44,154 bases of DNA from Octopus bimaculoides (taxonomy: Eukaryota), in contig NC_068990.1 in the NCBI RefSeq assembly GCF_001194135.2, positions 77,248,154-77,292,307 of the forward strand, read 5' to 3'. A program made the position numbers and the translations under genes. The number at the start of each line of letters is the position of its first letter. The stretch's first letter is position 1. A model generated the notes under the pieces. That model made no database searches, had not been told where the DNA came from, and saw only the letters and a program-made list of their open reading frames with translations. Shown in pieces: positions 11,136 through 22,799 of the stretch.

Positions 11136-11350
11136 CTTTATTTAAAAGCAGCAGAAATATAACAAAAGACTGTTTCTCTGAGTTTCACGTTCCCGTTCAT
11201 CGATGAACGGGAACGTGAAACTCAGAGTAACAGTCTTTTGTTATATTTCTGCTGCTTTTAAATAAAGCATATTACTCTACCTCTGGTATTTGAGTACTAT
11301 CTTTTCCACCTTGTTGCACATTTCATGTGCTTACTCCGGTATATATATAT
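11136..11350 (+). mobile_element. Penelope pLTR-like element with 132-bp palindrome and HHR core
   Basis: 66-bp arms centred at 11201/11202 with one mismatch; GATGA-ACG GGAA CGT-GAAA-CTCAGAG-TA; flanked by (TA)n. Confidence 0.65.
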
Positions 11351-11351
11351 G

Positions 11352-11384
<33 letters not shown>

Positions 11385-11817
11385 ATGTATATCACGAGAG
11401 AGAGACAGAGAGAGAAATAAGATGTGGATTAAATTATAAATTATATATATGTATGCAGATAAAGATGGAAAATTATATTTTACAGTTATATGAACCGTGC
11501 AATTATAATTGCGTATGAGTTTAAAAATAAAAAAGTTGTAAAAGGGTAAATTTTAAAGAAAATTCCGATATTAAACATGCGTACATTACCAGCAACCCAT
11601 CACCAGCCAGTACCTTTATGATTTCTCAATCGCAGCCACGTACTAGCTCTCCTAGCACAACCACCACTCACTATATATGTTCCAAAGAAAACATCTTATT
11701 CCTTATAAATATAATTAGAAGGTCTCATCCTGAAGATTCTTTAGATAATAAAAGTAGATATTGTGATATGTTGATCCAGCCAATTCCTTTATGTACAAAT
11801 GCATACACATTCTATAT

Positions 11818-11982
11818 ACAGGCGCTGGCGTGGCTGTGTGGTAAGAAGCATGCTTCTCAACCACATGGTTCCGGGTTCAGTATCACTGCGTGGCTCCTTG
11901 GGAAAGTGTCTTCCACAATAGTCTCGGGTCGACCAATGCCGAGTGAGTGGACTTGGTAGACGGAAACTGAAAGAAGCCCGTT
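11818..11982 (+). mobile_element. SINE family B (CORE-like), 5' half
   Basis: GTGGCTGTGTGGTAAG A box, GGTTCCGGGTTCAGT B box, CCTTGGGAAAGT CORE-like motif. Confidence 0.9.
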
Positions 11983-12889
11983 GTGGGATGTAGCCAGTAG
12001 CACTCGAACGCACAGCTCCTCTGAACACTGGAAGCCTTCGACTTCCTCTATCCAAAGGTGTTTTTAACTCAATATTTGCACGCTATCGTTTATAGATTTC
12101 TCTGCTTCGAGATCAACTATCCTCCGAATGGAACTATATGTATGCATCCCTTTCTCTGTCGCTCTTTCTCTCTCTCTCTTCTCTCTACAGCTATGTATGT
12201 ATGTATATATGTAAACATATATATCAATGTATGTTTTTTTATATATTTGTGTATGCATATGTTCGTGTCAGTATTTCGAACCTGTTATTTCGAGGTTATA
12301 AGTTCAATCAAATGTTAACACTTTCCGAATATATGTATGTATGTATGTATGCATGTATGTATGTACGTGCGAACGTATGTATGTATGTATGTATGTATGT
12401 ATAAGTGAATTTGTGTGAGTTTCACTTCCAGAGGTTATATGTTTAACGAAGTTTCGTATTGGTGTGAAAGTTAGATGTTGGTGCACCACTCTCAGTTTTC
12501 TCCCTCTAGTCAGTATGTTGTAGGTTTGATCTTGATTGCCAATTAAGTTATACGTGTTACTAAATCAAACCTTAGCCGCACTGATTTCTGAATACTTTCA
12601 AGTATAGATGACTTCACTGATACATCTTCTGTAAGCTAAAAGTAAGTACAGTAAGGAGCGAAATCCACCCACAGCTGCCTGTGAAGTGTAAAAATAATGA
12701 TTTTATGGTTCCAAGAGCTTCCTGTAAAGGATATGGATATGTCAAGGACCAAGAAGTGAAGGAGTGTGGCGAATATGTTGCGAATGTCTCAGTCAAAAGA
12801 ATGTTTTACTATGATTAAAAAGAAGCTTATACAGAATAGATCGAGCGCATTGAAATACCCGATGTATAAATTGATTTCACATTCTATTA

Positions 12890-13082
12890 CAAGACCAGTG
12901 ATTTCGGGGCATGAAATAAGCCAGTTACATCTACCCCAGGGATCACATGCTGATTATTTCATCAAAGCCGAAAGGATGAAAGGCAAGGTCGATCACAGCG
13001 GAATTTGAACTCAGAACAGCAAGGTAGGACGAAATATTGCTAATCATTTTGCCCGGCGTGTTAACGATTCTGGCAGCTCGGT
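12890..13082 (-). mobile_element. SINE family A, diverged
   Basis: Reverse complement of GAGCTGCCAGAATCGTTAACACGCCGGGC...GAGTTCAAATTCCGC...CCTTTCATCCTTTCGG. Confidence 0.85.
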
Positions 13083-14187
13083 ATATATATATATACCGGA
13101 GTAAGCTCGGTATATATATATATATACCGGAGTAAGCACATGATTCCGGGTTCAGTATCACTGCGTGGCTCCTTGGGAAAGTGTCTTCCACATGATTCCG
13201 GGTTCAGTATCACTGCGTGGCTCCTNNNNNNNNNNNNNNNNNNNNNNNNNNNNNNNNNNNNNNNNNNNNNNNNNNNNNNNNNNNNNNNNNNNNNNNNNNN
13301 NNNNNNNNNNNNNNNNNNNNNNNNNNNNNNNNNNNNNNNNNNNNNNNNNNNNNNNNNNNNNNNNNNNNNNNNNNNNNNNNNNNNNNNNNNNNNNNNNNNN
13401 NNNNNNNNNNNNNNNNNNNNNNNNNNNNNNNNNNNNNNNNNNNNNNNNNNNNNNNNNNNNNNNNNNNNNNNNNNNNNNNNNNNNNNNNNNNNNNNNNNNN
13501 NNNNNNNNNNNNNNNNNNNNNNNNNNNNNNNNNNNNNNNNNNNNNNNNNNNNNNNNNNNNNNNNNNNNNNNNNNNNNNNNNNNNNNNNNNNNNNNNNNNN
13601 NNNNNNNNNNNNNNNNNNNNNNNNNNNNNNNNNNNNNNNNNNNNNNNNNNNNNNNNNNNNNNNNNNNNNNNNNNNNNNNNNNNNNNNNNNNNNNNNNNNN
13701 NNNNNNNNNNNNNNNNNNNNNNNNNNNNNNNNNNNNNNNNNNNNNNNNNNNNNNNNNNNNNNNNNNNNNNNNNNNNNNNNNNNNNNNNNNNNNNNNNNNN
13801 NNNNNNNNNNNNNNNNNNNNNNNNNNNNNNNNNNNNNNNNNNNNNNNNNNNNNNNNNNNNNNNNNNNNNNNNNNNNNNNNNNNNNNNNNNNNNNNNNNNN
13901 NNNNNNNNNNNNNNNNNNNNNNNNNNNNNNNNNNNNNNNNNNNNNNNNNNNNNNNNNNNNNNNNNNNNNNNNNNNNNNNNNNNNNNNNNNNNNNNNNNNN
14001 NNNNNNNNNNNNNNNNNNNNNNNNNNNNNNNNNNNNNNNNNNNNNNNNNNNNNNNNNNNNNNNNNNNNNNNNNNNNNNNNNNNNNNNNNNNNNNNNNNNN
14101 NNNNNNNNNNNNNNNNNNNNNNNNNNNNNNNNNNNNNNNNNNNNNNNNNNNNNNNNNNNNNNNNNNNNNNNNNNNNNNNNNNNNNNN

Positions 14188-14365
14188 TAACGCCACACAG
14201 TGGACTTCTCAAAATAACCACATTTAGTACCTAATGCGAGGAAAAACAACCAACAGAAGACGACCAACTTTCTTTTAAATAAACTTAACTCTGTATCGGC
14301 CGATTTCGCGATTACTAGAATGAATTTAGATTTCGTTCATCAGCACAGTATTGTCCCCAAAATAT
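14188..14365 (-). mobile_element. Penelope pLTR-like fragment carrying an HHR
   Basis: HHR followed by about 100 nt T-rich tail running into the gap; begins next to (TA)n. Confidence 0.55.
14288..14349 (-). ncRNA. Type I hammerhead ribozyme motif, near intact
   Basis: ACTGTG-CTGATGA-[stem II]-GAAA-TCGGCCGA-TA-CAGAGT: intact core, stem I 5/6 pairs, palindromic stem III ATCGGCCGAT, AUA cleavage triplet. Confidence 0.75.
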
Positions 14366-14586
14366 ATATTTATAAATATATATGAGCATATATATGGAAG
14401 TGCACCTGTATATATATATATATATATATATATATGCTCGTCAACATATGTATTCACGTGTACGCTTGTGAACATCTGTATATGTTTCTTTTTAAATTCA
14501 AATAAAAACTAAAACACTGCGTTCCACTTTGTTTCTCATTGCTCCAATCCACTCATGTGGCAGAAAATGTGTTGTACCCGCTTTTC

Positions 14587-14695
14587 AAAGGGCCAGCTGA
14601 ATTTCCTTGAGAACTACGTCAATGGTACACGTGTCTGTGGAGTGCTCACCCACTTGGTCGTTAATGTCACGTCGCAATCGACGGAGAGCCAGGCT
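14587..14695 (+). mobile_element. SINE family D 3' fragment, diverged
   Basis: GAGAACTACGT..GGTACACGTGTCTGTGGAGTGCTCA. Confidence 0.8.
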
Positions 14696-14910
14696 ATTTC
14701 TGTAGTTATTCAAATATTGAAATATATGACTATCCATACACAGAGTTAGTAATTGTCAATCAATCAATGTTTTTCCGCCACCACAGATACACATGCTTAA
14801 AGCTTATCGTCTAACATTAATCTTTCTTACTTGGCCTCTTTGTGTTTATGCAACACGTATTTACCAAAACATGGACACAAACGAGAGCACACAGCTCTGT
14901 AGACAGTTAA

Positions 14911-15120
14911 CCCTTTAGCATTCCAACCGGCCTAAATGTTCTACCTGTCTTTTGTTCAGACCAGTCAGATGCAACCTGTCACAACTAGCCTGCAGTATCC
15001 TTTTAAAAATAAACAATTACACCATGGAAATCTCAAAGCTGCAAGATAATGCATCATTAACTCAAAACAATGTGAATAAATAGATATTACATTTGACAAA
15101 ATAATCTGAAAACTAAAGGG
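14911..15120. mobile_element. piggyBac-type MITE (210 bp)
   Basis: TTAA|CCCTTTAGCATTC ... GAAAACTAAAGGG|TTAA; TTAA target duplication and CCC...GGG termini. Confidence 0.85.
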
Positions 15121-15208
15121 TTAAAGAACAGGAGAGAGAGAGAGAGAGAGAGAGAGACGAGAGAGAGAAACGAGAGAAAGAGAGAGAACCATAGATAGAT
15201 AGATAGAT

Positions 15209-15416
15209 CTTTATTGTACTTTTATAAGAAGAGGGGTGACTTCGATGTTTCGGCCTGTCCGACAAAGGCTAACATACTGAAACTTCGAAATCAATGTCTC
15301 AGCTCTTCTTGTAGAATTATGATACAAATTTAAGGACGTCCCCCATGTCGAGAATCGAACCCTAGTCGTTTCGGCGAAAGCCAAGAATCCTTGCTCACTA
15401 GACCATGTGGTCTAGT
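15209..15416 (-). mobile_element. tRNA-Glu-derived SINE-like element with degenerate HHR-like tail
   Basis: Head 15340-15412 aligns to tRNA-Glu(TTC): CCACATGGTCTAG..AGGATTCTTGGCTTTCGCC..GGGTTCGATTCTCG; tail GCCT..AGGCCGAAACATCGAAG; ends CAATAAAG. Confidence 0.65.
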
Positions 15417-15564
15417 AGTTACGTATGGTAAAAAATGTACTCTACAAAAATGTATTGAGTGATTCTTTAGGTTAAAGTTAAATTGCTTTTATTTACAATT
15501 CAACATGAAAGCATTAATATAGATAGACAAACAGACCGATTGATAGACAGACAGACAGACAGAC

Positions 15565-15595
<31 letters not shown>

Positions 15596-15704
15596 CAGAA
15601 GAAGAGCTAGAGAGAGAGAGAGGTGGAGAGAGGGATGGGAGGGAAAGATGGAGAGAGGAACGGAAAGAGAGAAGAGCGGAAGGAGAGAGAGGCGGAGAGA
15701 GGGA

Positions 15705-15755
<51 letters not shown>

Positions 15756-16514
15756 TTCAATTTCTCCGTAATTTTGAATGTTATTTGTTGAGCTTTAGGT
15801 CGGTACTCTTCGCGACAGGAAATGGGGAAACTTCATCGCTTCTTTTTTTCATCTTACAGTGTATTCAGGGTACATCATTCAATGTGTTCTTCCTTCTTGA
15901 AGAATCGGCTGATATTTCCAGCATGTCAAGCGATCGCAGAAAAATGTTCCTCTTTATGTAACTATTTATTTATTATTTTTTTTTTGGGGGGGGGGCGTTA
16001 TCTTTCTGTCGTCTCTGCTTGTGAGTCTATTAGCTACGCGACTGTTTCTTTAGCTTCATATCAGTCTTATGTAATGACCATTAAAAGAGAAGAAGGTTAA
16101 AAAGGTGAAGACAGGAAATAAATGTGAAAGTAATCGCAATGAATGAGGTGTAGGTTGCGAAACACAGAGAGAGAGAGAGAGAGAGAGAGAAACAGAGAAA
16201 GAGAAAGTAGTTGTTGTTGTTGGTGGTGGTGGTGGTGAGGGGGCTTGGGCGAGTGATGTGAGTTTTGGTGGGAGGAATGTTTGGCAATGTAGTACGAGTT
16301 AACCAATCGTTTCCGAGTTATTGCAGCCATGCTGGGACGACCCTTCAAGTGTTTAGTCGATTATATCAACCACGGTTACTTATTTTACAGATATTGTGTG
16401 TCTATATCTGTATGTAGGTACAACCATGTCTATGTATGTATGCGTGTATGTGTGTGCGCGCGTGTGTACGTGTGCTTGTGTTTGTGTGTATATTTATAAG
16501 GACTGATGTAATAC

Positions 16515-16575
<61 letters not shown>

Positions 16576-16870
16576 GTTAGAAATGATAAAGCGTATATAG
16601 AAATGAGGTGTCAGGTTAGAGAAGCAGAAAATACCGTACAAATGTAATTTGGTGATGGAGAAATGTGAAAGAAATGCAAAAGTAATGTATAAAAGTATGT
16701 ATAAGTAATGCTTATAAAATAAGAAAAAACAAACACATTTGTGAAGTAGACTAGCGAACCTATTTTCATAGCAGACACCACATATGATTCCATTATATTA
16801 GCAAAAGAAATATTACAGTCAGTATTATCCAAACATTAACAAATGAAAACAAAAAGAAATATTTCTATAC

Positions 16871-17266
16871 ATAGGTGCAGGAGTGGCTGTGTGGTAAGTA
16901 GCTTGCTTACCAACCACATGGTTCCGGGTTCAGTCCCACTGCGTGGCACCTTGGGCAAGTGTCTACTACTATAGCCTCGGGCCGACCAAAGCCTTGTGAG
17001 TGGATTTGGTAGACAGAAACTGAAAGAAGCCTGTCGTATATATGTATATATATATATATATGTATGTGTGTTTGTCCCCCCACCAACGCTTGACAACCGA
17101 TGGTGGTGTGTTTACGTTCCCGTAACTTAGCGGTTCGGCAAAAAAAAAGACCGATAGAATAAGTACTAGGCTTACAAAGAATAAGTCCTGGGGTCGATTT
17201 TCTCGACTAAAGGCGGTGCTCCAGCATGGCCGCAGTCAAATGACTGAAACAAGTAAAAGAGTAAAA
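16871..17266 (+). mobile_element. SINE family B, full length
   Basis: A and B boxes, ACCTTGGGCAAGT CORE-like motif, internal (TA) microsatellite, GTAAAAGA tail. Confidence 0.95.
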
Positions 17267-17424
17267 AAGTATAGGTAGTCTGGAGTATATTTCAATAATT
17301 TTTACATTACTATTATAGCCAACAATATCTGAAATAAATTGCATTTCTGTGCCATGTACCTATGCATGTGGTTCGGCGTGTAAATGTGTGTGCGTCTATG
17401 TGTGTGTGTGAGAGAGAACTTATT

Positions 17425-17520
17425 TCTTTATTAGCTTATTTTCCGACATATAAGGCGCACATTTTCTTTCCAAAAAGTTGCCCCCAATACTCACCCTGCA
17501 CCTTATATGCTGAAGGTTCG
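17425..17520. mobile_element. Tc2/pogo-like DNA transposon end fragment
   Basis: TATTTTCCGACATATAAGGCGCAC ... CACCTTATATGC resembles the terminal motif of pogo/Tc2-type MITEs (from memory). Confidence 0.4.
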
Positions 17521-17580
17521 GCTTTGGGTAGACATGGTAAGTTTTATTAACGATGAACCAATAATATTGGTGACGGTAAT

Positions 17581-17752
17581 TGCGGCTAGCTGTCAGAATC
17601 GTTAGCATACCGGGCAAATGCTTAGCGACATTTCGTCCGTCTTCACGTTCTAATTTCAAATTCCGCCGAGATCGATTGAAACACTGGAGTCGATGTATAC
17701 GACTTATGCCCTCACCGAAATTACTGGCCTTGTGCCAAAATTTGAAACCAAA
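17581..17752 (+). mobile_element. SINE family A with internal deletion
   Basis: Head and tail present; CTTTGCCTTTCATCC...AAGTACC segment missing. Confidence 0.85.
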
Positions 17753-17955
17753 GTTGGGTACGGTGGAGGTCTGTGGTAATATTTAGTAGTGTTGAGGTAA
17801 GTGTTGTTACTTAGCCTACCATTATACCTTATCAAAGGGTATCAGTTTAAATTTTCATGGTTCCTACACATAAAAATACTATATTACCTAACATGTCTCT
17901 ACTTTTCTATGCCGGTAATATCTGATATGTGTTTTAGCTGTTAATTTAAGCAAAT

Positions 17956-18323
17956 CAGGAGTGGCTGTGTGGTAAGTAGCTTGCTTACAAACCACATGGT
18001 TCCGGGTTCAATCCCACTGCGTGGCATGTCTTCTACTATAGTCTCGGGCCGACCAAAGCCTTGTGGGTGGATTTGGTAGACGGAAACTGAAAGAAGCCCG
18101 TCGTGTGTGTGTGTGTGTTTGTGTGTCTGTGTTTGTCCCCCTAGTATTGCTTGACAACCGATGCTGGTGCGTTTATGTCCCCGTCACTTAGCGGTTCGGC
18201 AAAAGAGACCGATAGAATAAGTACTAGGCTTACAAAGAATAAGCCCCGGGGTCGATTTGCTCGACTAAAGGTGGTGCTCCAGCATGGCCGCAGTCAAATG
18301 ACTGAAACAAGTAAAAGAGTAAA
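17956..18323 (+). mobile_element. SINE family B, near full length
   Basis: Highly similar to 16871-17266; small deletion in the CORE-like motif. Confidence 0.95.
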
Positions 18324-18511
18324 TCAAATGATGACCAAGTAGAGGTTCCCATATTATCTCAACATTAACCACGTTTAAGGATACAGAAATAGACGCTACC
18401 CCTTTAATAACTGTGTATAAAACAGTAAAAACCGTAGCTATGATTTTATCTGGATTAAAAAGGCTCAATACCACATATGTTGAGTGGGGGAGCACAGTCG
18501 ATGCACAAATC

Positions 18512-18590
18512 TCAGTATTTGATTGCTACTTTTTGCTTTTATCCATGCTAAAAAGATAAAAGGTTAAATCAACCGCGCTAGAGCGTTGCA
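18512..18590 (-). mobile_element. Highly degenerate SINE family A fragment
   Basis: AAAAGATAAAAGGTTAAATCAACC resembles GAAAGGATGAAAGGCAAAGTCGACC. Confidence 0.4.
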
Positions 18591-18804
18591 TTATTCGATG
18601 TTCTATCAATTGGCCATGTTTGAGTTCATAATGCATTGAGGAAATTCTACACAAAGCAAAAATTCATGAAACACACATGATTGTTATGGACAATTTTATC
18701 CATATCTTTCATAAGAGCATTATCTGTTTGAAAAACTAACCAAAAGATAATTTGTCGATTGCTACATTTACCAAGTCGAATGTTTGATGTTGGCTTCCCT
18801 ACTT

Positions 18805-18847
<43 letters not shown>

Positions 18848-19154
18848 CTCCTCTCTTTCTCACGCACACATCCAAATGTCCAAACACATGCACGCATCGA
18901 CACATAGACACACACGCACATACACACACATACACACGCACGCACACATATACAGTAACGCTAGTGCTATGAATATCAGACTATGTCAAATTGCAATGAG
19001 ACAATATTTTATATCGTCCACCAATCCATTTTCACTCAGTTTTCGATATTTCTTTCTTTCTTTGATATTTTCTTTTTGCCTTCTCAACATATTTTAGCAC
19101 CATCATCACATCATCATCATCGGCAGCAGCATCACTGCTAACACTGCTATCCCT

Positions 19155-20390
19155 CTCCTCCTCCTCCTCCTCCTCCTCCTCCTCCTNNNNNNNNNNNNNN
19201 NNNNNNNNNNNNNNNNNNNNNNNNNNNNNNNNNNNNNNNNNNNNNNNNNNNNNNNNNNNNNNNNNNNNNNNNNNNNNNNNNNNNNNNNNNNNNNNNNNNN
19301 NNNNNNNNNNNNNNNNNNNNNNNNNNNNNNNNNNNNNNNNNNNNNNNNNNNNNNNNNNNNNNNNNNNNNNNNNNNNNNNNNNNNNNNNNNNNNNNNNNNN
19401 NNNNNNNNNNNNNNNNNNNNNNNNNNNNNNNNNNNNNNNNNNNNNNNNNNNNNNNNNNNNNNNNNNNNNNNNNNNNNNNNNNNNNNNNNNNNNNNNNNNN
19501 NNNNNNNNNNNNNNNNNNNNNNNNNNNNNNNNNNNNNNNNNNNNNNNNNNNNNNNNNNNNNNNNNNNNNNNNNNNNNNNNNNNNNNNNNNNNNNNNNNNN
19601 NNNNNNNNNNNNNNNNNNNNNNNNNNNNNNNNNNNNNNNNNNNNNNNNNNNNNNNNNNNNNNNNNNNNNNNNNNNNNNNNNNNNNNNNNNNNNNNNNNNN
19701 NNNNNNNNNNNNNNNNNNNNNNNNNNNNNNNNNNNNNNNNNNNNNNNNNNNNNNNNNNNNNNNNNNNNNNNNNNNNNNNNNNNNNNNNNNNNNNNNNNNN
19801 NNNNNNNNNNNNNNNNNNNNNNNNNNNNNNNNNNNNNNNNNNNNNNNNNNNNNNNNNNNNNNNNNNNNNNNNNNNNNNNNNNNNNNNNNNNNNNNNNNNN
19901 NNNNNNNNNNNNNNNNNNNNNNNNNNNNNNNNNNNNNNNNNNNNNNNNNNNNNNNNNNNNNNNNNNNNNNNNNNNNNNNNNNNNNNNNNNNNNNNNNNNN
20001 NNNNNNNNNNNNNNNNNNNNNNNNNNNNNNNNNNNNNNNNNNNNNNNNNNNNNNNNNNNNNNNNNNNNNNNNNNNNNNNNNNNNNNNNNNNNNNNNNNNN
20101 NNNNNNNNNTCCTCCTCCTCCTCCACATCCTCCTCCTCCTCCACATCCTCCTCCTCCTCCACATCCTCCTACCATTCCTCTTCCTCCTTCTCCTCCTCCT
20201 ACTCTTCGTCTTCCTCCTCTTTTTCTTCCTCTTTCTCCTCTTTTTCTTCCTCTTCTTCCTCTTTTTCTTCCTCTTCCGCTTCCTCCTCCCCCCATCCTCC
20301 TCCTCCTCCTTATCATCATCATCATCATCATCATCACATCGTTGTCGTCATCGTCGTCGTCATCATCATCATCATCATCATCATAAGCAC
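19155..20390. repeat. (CCT)n/(CTT)n/(CAT)n triplet low-complexity block spanning a gap
   Basis: Triplet arrays; 18-bp unit CCACATCCTCCTCCTCCT repeated after the gap. Confidence 0.9.
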
Positions 20391-20659
20391 CACTCGGCTT
20401 GCTAAACATAACGACCAAAATAATTTCTTCTCGTTTTAAAAATGATATTTACGAATACATCGACCAATGGGTGTAGCAGTAGCTATAGAGTGATGGTGGC
20501 CCACTTGCCAGAACGCTTTTGTTTATTGATCAACTCCGACTTGAGTTTTAGGAACAACAATAACAAGAGCGGCAGCCATTACTAAAATGGTAGTTGCTGT
20601 TACAGAAAACAGCACGTAGCCAATGGGTGAACGTCTAGTCTATATGGTTACTCAAACTA

Positions 20660-20765
20660 CTAAAAATAGCAGCCAAATTTTCCTTAAGTTACACCTAAGA
20701 GACTTAAAGTGTCTTTTAGCGCAGGTCTACTCTATCAGGATTGATATGGGACTGAACAACTACAA
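20660..20765 (+). mobile_element. Short repeat family G, ending in (CAA)n; related pieces at about 21560-21716, 26215-26290, 28210-28265
   Basis: Shared TAGCAG(C/T)AAA..TCC(C/T)T..AA and AGGT(C/T)T..TC..TCAGG..TGA..TGGGA..AACAAC motifs. Confidence 0.5.
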
Positions 20766-20867
20766 TGACAAAAACACCACCATCACCACCATTGCTGCTG
20801 CCACTACTACCTATACCATCACGATCACCACTACCACCATGTTCACCATCGTCATGATCACCACTAT

Positions 20868-21197
20868 ATTGTTGTTGGCACTCCGTCGCTTACGACGTCG
20901 AGGGTTCCAGTTGAGCCGATCAACGGAACAGCCTGCTCGTGAAATTAACGTGTAAGTGGCTGAGCACTCCACAGACACATGTACCCTTAACGTAGTTCTC
21001 GGGGATATTCAGCGTGACACAGTGTGACAAAGCTGACCTTTTGAATTACAGGCACAACAGAAACAGGAAGTAAGAGTGAAAGAGTACAGCAGGGTTCGCC
21101 ACTATCCCCTGCCGGATCCTCGTGGAGCTTTAGGTGTTTTCATTCAATAAACTTCTCACAACGCCCGGTCTGGGAATCGAAACCGTGATCCTATGAC
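20868..21197 (-). mobile_element. SINE family D, head lost in gap
   Basis: Near-identical to 28401-28782. Confidence 0.93.
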
Positions 21198-21357
21198 NNN
21201 NNNNNNNNNNNNNNNNNNNNNNNNNNNNNNNNNNNNNNNNNNNNNNNNNNNNNNNNNNNNNNNNNNNNNNNNNNNNNNNNNNNNNNNNNTATAATCTGGT
21301 TTAGAATATGCATGGAAAAAAAAAAAACTATATTGGCTATGTTAGTGGCAACTATGT

Positions 21358-21358
21358 T

Positions 21359-21430
<72 letters not shown>
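21358..21430. repeat. (AAC)n microsatellite
   Basis: Direct repeat. Confidence 0.95.
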
Positions 21431-21431
<1 letters not shown>

Positions 21432-22110
21432 GCGACATGATCAGCAACAACAAGAACAAGAACAATAACAGCAGCAGCATAAAGGTAGATGTCGCAACCA
21501 GCACTCCACAAGAGTCTTCTACATGGTTATTATTCTTGATAGAAAATTTCCACAAAATATTCCTCCCTTAAATCCCATCCTACTACCTTTGGAAAAAGAA
21601 ATTTATTGAATAATAGATTCTTAGGTATTCTTTAAAAGACAAGATGGTCCTGGTTGGGGCGCTTTTGATTATAAATCTATTCGATAAGGTATGGCCTGGG
21701 ACCAAACAACAACATCGATACCGCTATGATATAATTGCACTTCTCACAACGAATATAATAACTCTATTGATAAACCATACACCAATATTTCACAAAATAG
21801 CCGTTAACTATTTTTGAATGAATTCCCTGAACAGTTTTACTCACGAAACACAGGCTAACGAATAATAAATGCTATTTTTAGACGTTAGAAATTTAACTCT
21901 AAATAGCTAACCACAAAGACACCGAGACACAAAGACACTCTCTCTCACACACACACACACACACGCACGCACGCACACGTACACACTTACACACATACAC
22001 ATATACACGCAGGTACACAACAACTACCTGCCTATCTACACACGTATGTGCGCACTCACGAATACATTCATGTACATGATAAAGATGTATAAAGGCGTAC
22101 GCCTACATAC

Positions 22111-22151
<41 letters not shown>

Positions 22152-22350
22152 TATGTATATATGTATCTACAGACACACACATATATATATATATATATAT
22201 TCATGTGTATGTATACATACACATAATCTACATGACTTATATACATACAGATTAATCTTGATGTAATGTTTACAACATTAACTTAACACAAACACCAAGC
22301 CATCCATCCATCCATACATACATACATACATGCATACATACATATATACA

Positions 22351-22384
<34 letters not shown>

Positions 22385-22483
22385 CTATATTCCCAAATTG
22401 AAGCTTTTCCAACAACATAAGTAGAATCACCATTCACTCTCGATTCAGACAGTTTAGCATGACATTTTTTGTCTCCCCTTCTA

Positions 22484-22547
<64 letters not shown>

Positions 22548-22712
22548 CTTCTACAAACATTTATCTTTTTTCTTGTCCTCATCTCCCACCTCCACCCCCA
22601 CATCCATTACGTGTTGTTTTTTACTTTTATCTCAGTCTTCCGCTCGACAAAGTTCTTTTGTTTCTGTAATCTATTTTACTAACTCTTATAGAGTGTGTGG
22701 ATACATGTATGT

Positions 22713-22759
<47 letters not shown>

Positions 22760-22763
22760 TATA

Positions 22764-22799
<36 letters not shown>

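Noticed and set aside
12620-12815. Open frame ..VPRASCKGYGYVKDQEVKECGEYVANVSVKRMFYYD (SET-like?)
   Set aside because: No start codon, no matching splice sites, and the resemblance is too weak to call
15340-15412. Functional tRNA-Glu gene
   Set aside because: Acceptor, anticodon and T stems are disrupted; treated as a SINE head or pseudogene
19032-20418. Acidic poly-Glu/poly-Asp protein
   Set aside because: Pure (CCT)/(CAT) repeats across a 923-N gap; no splice or homology support
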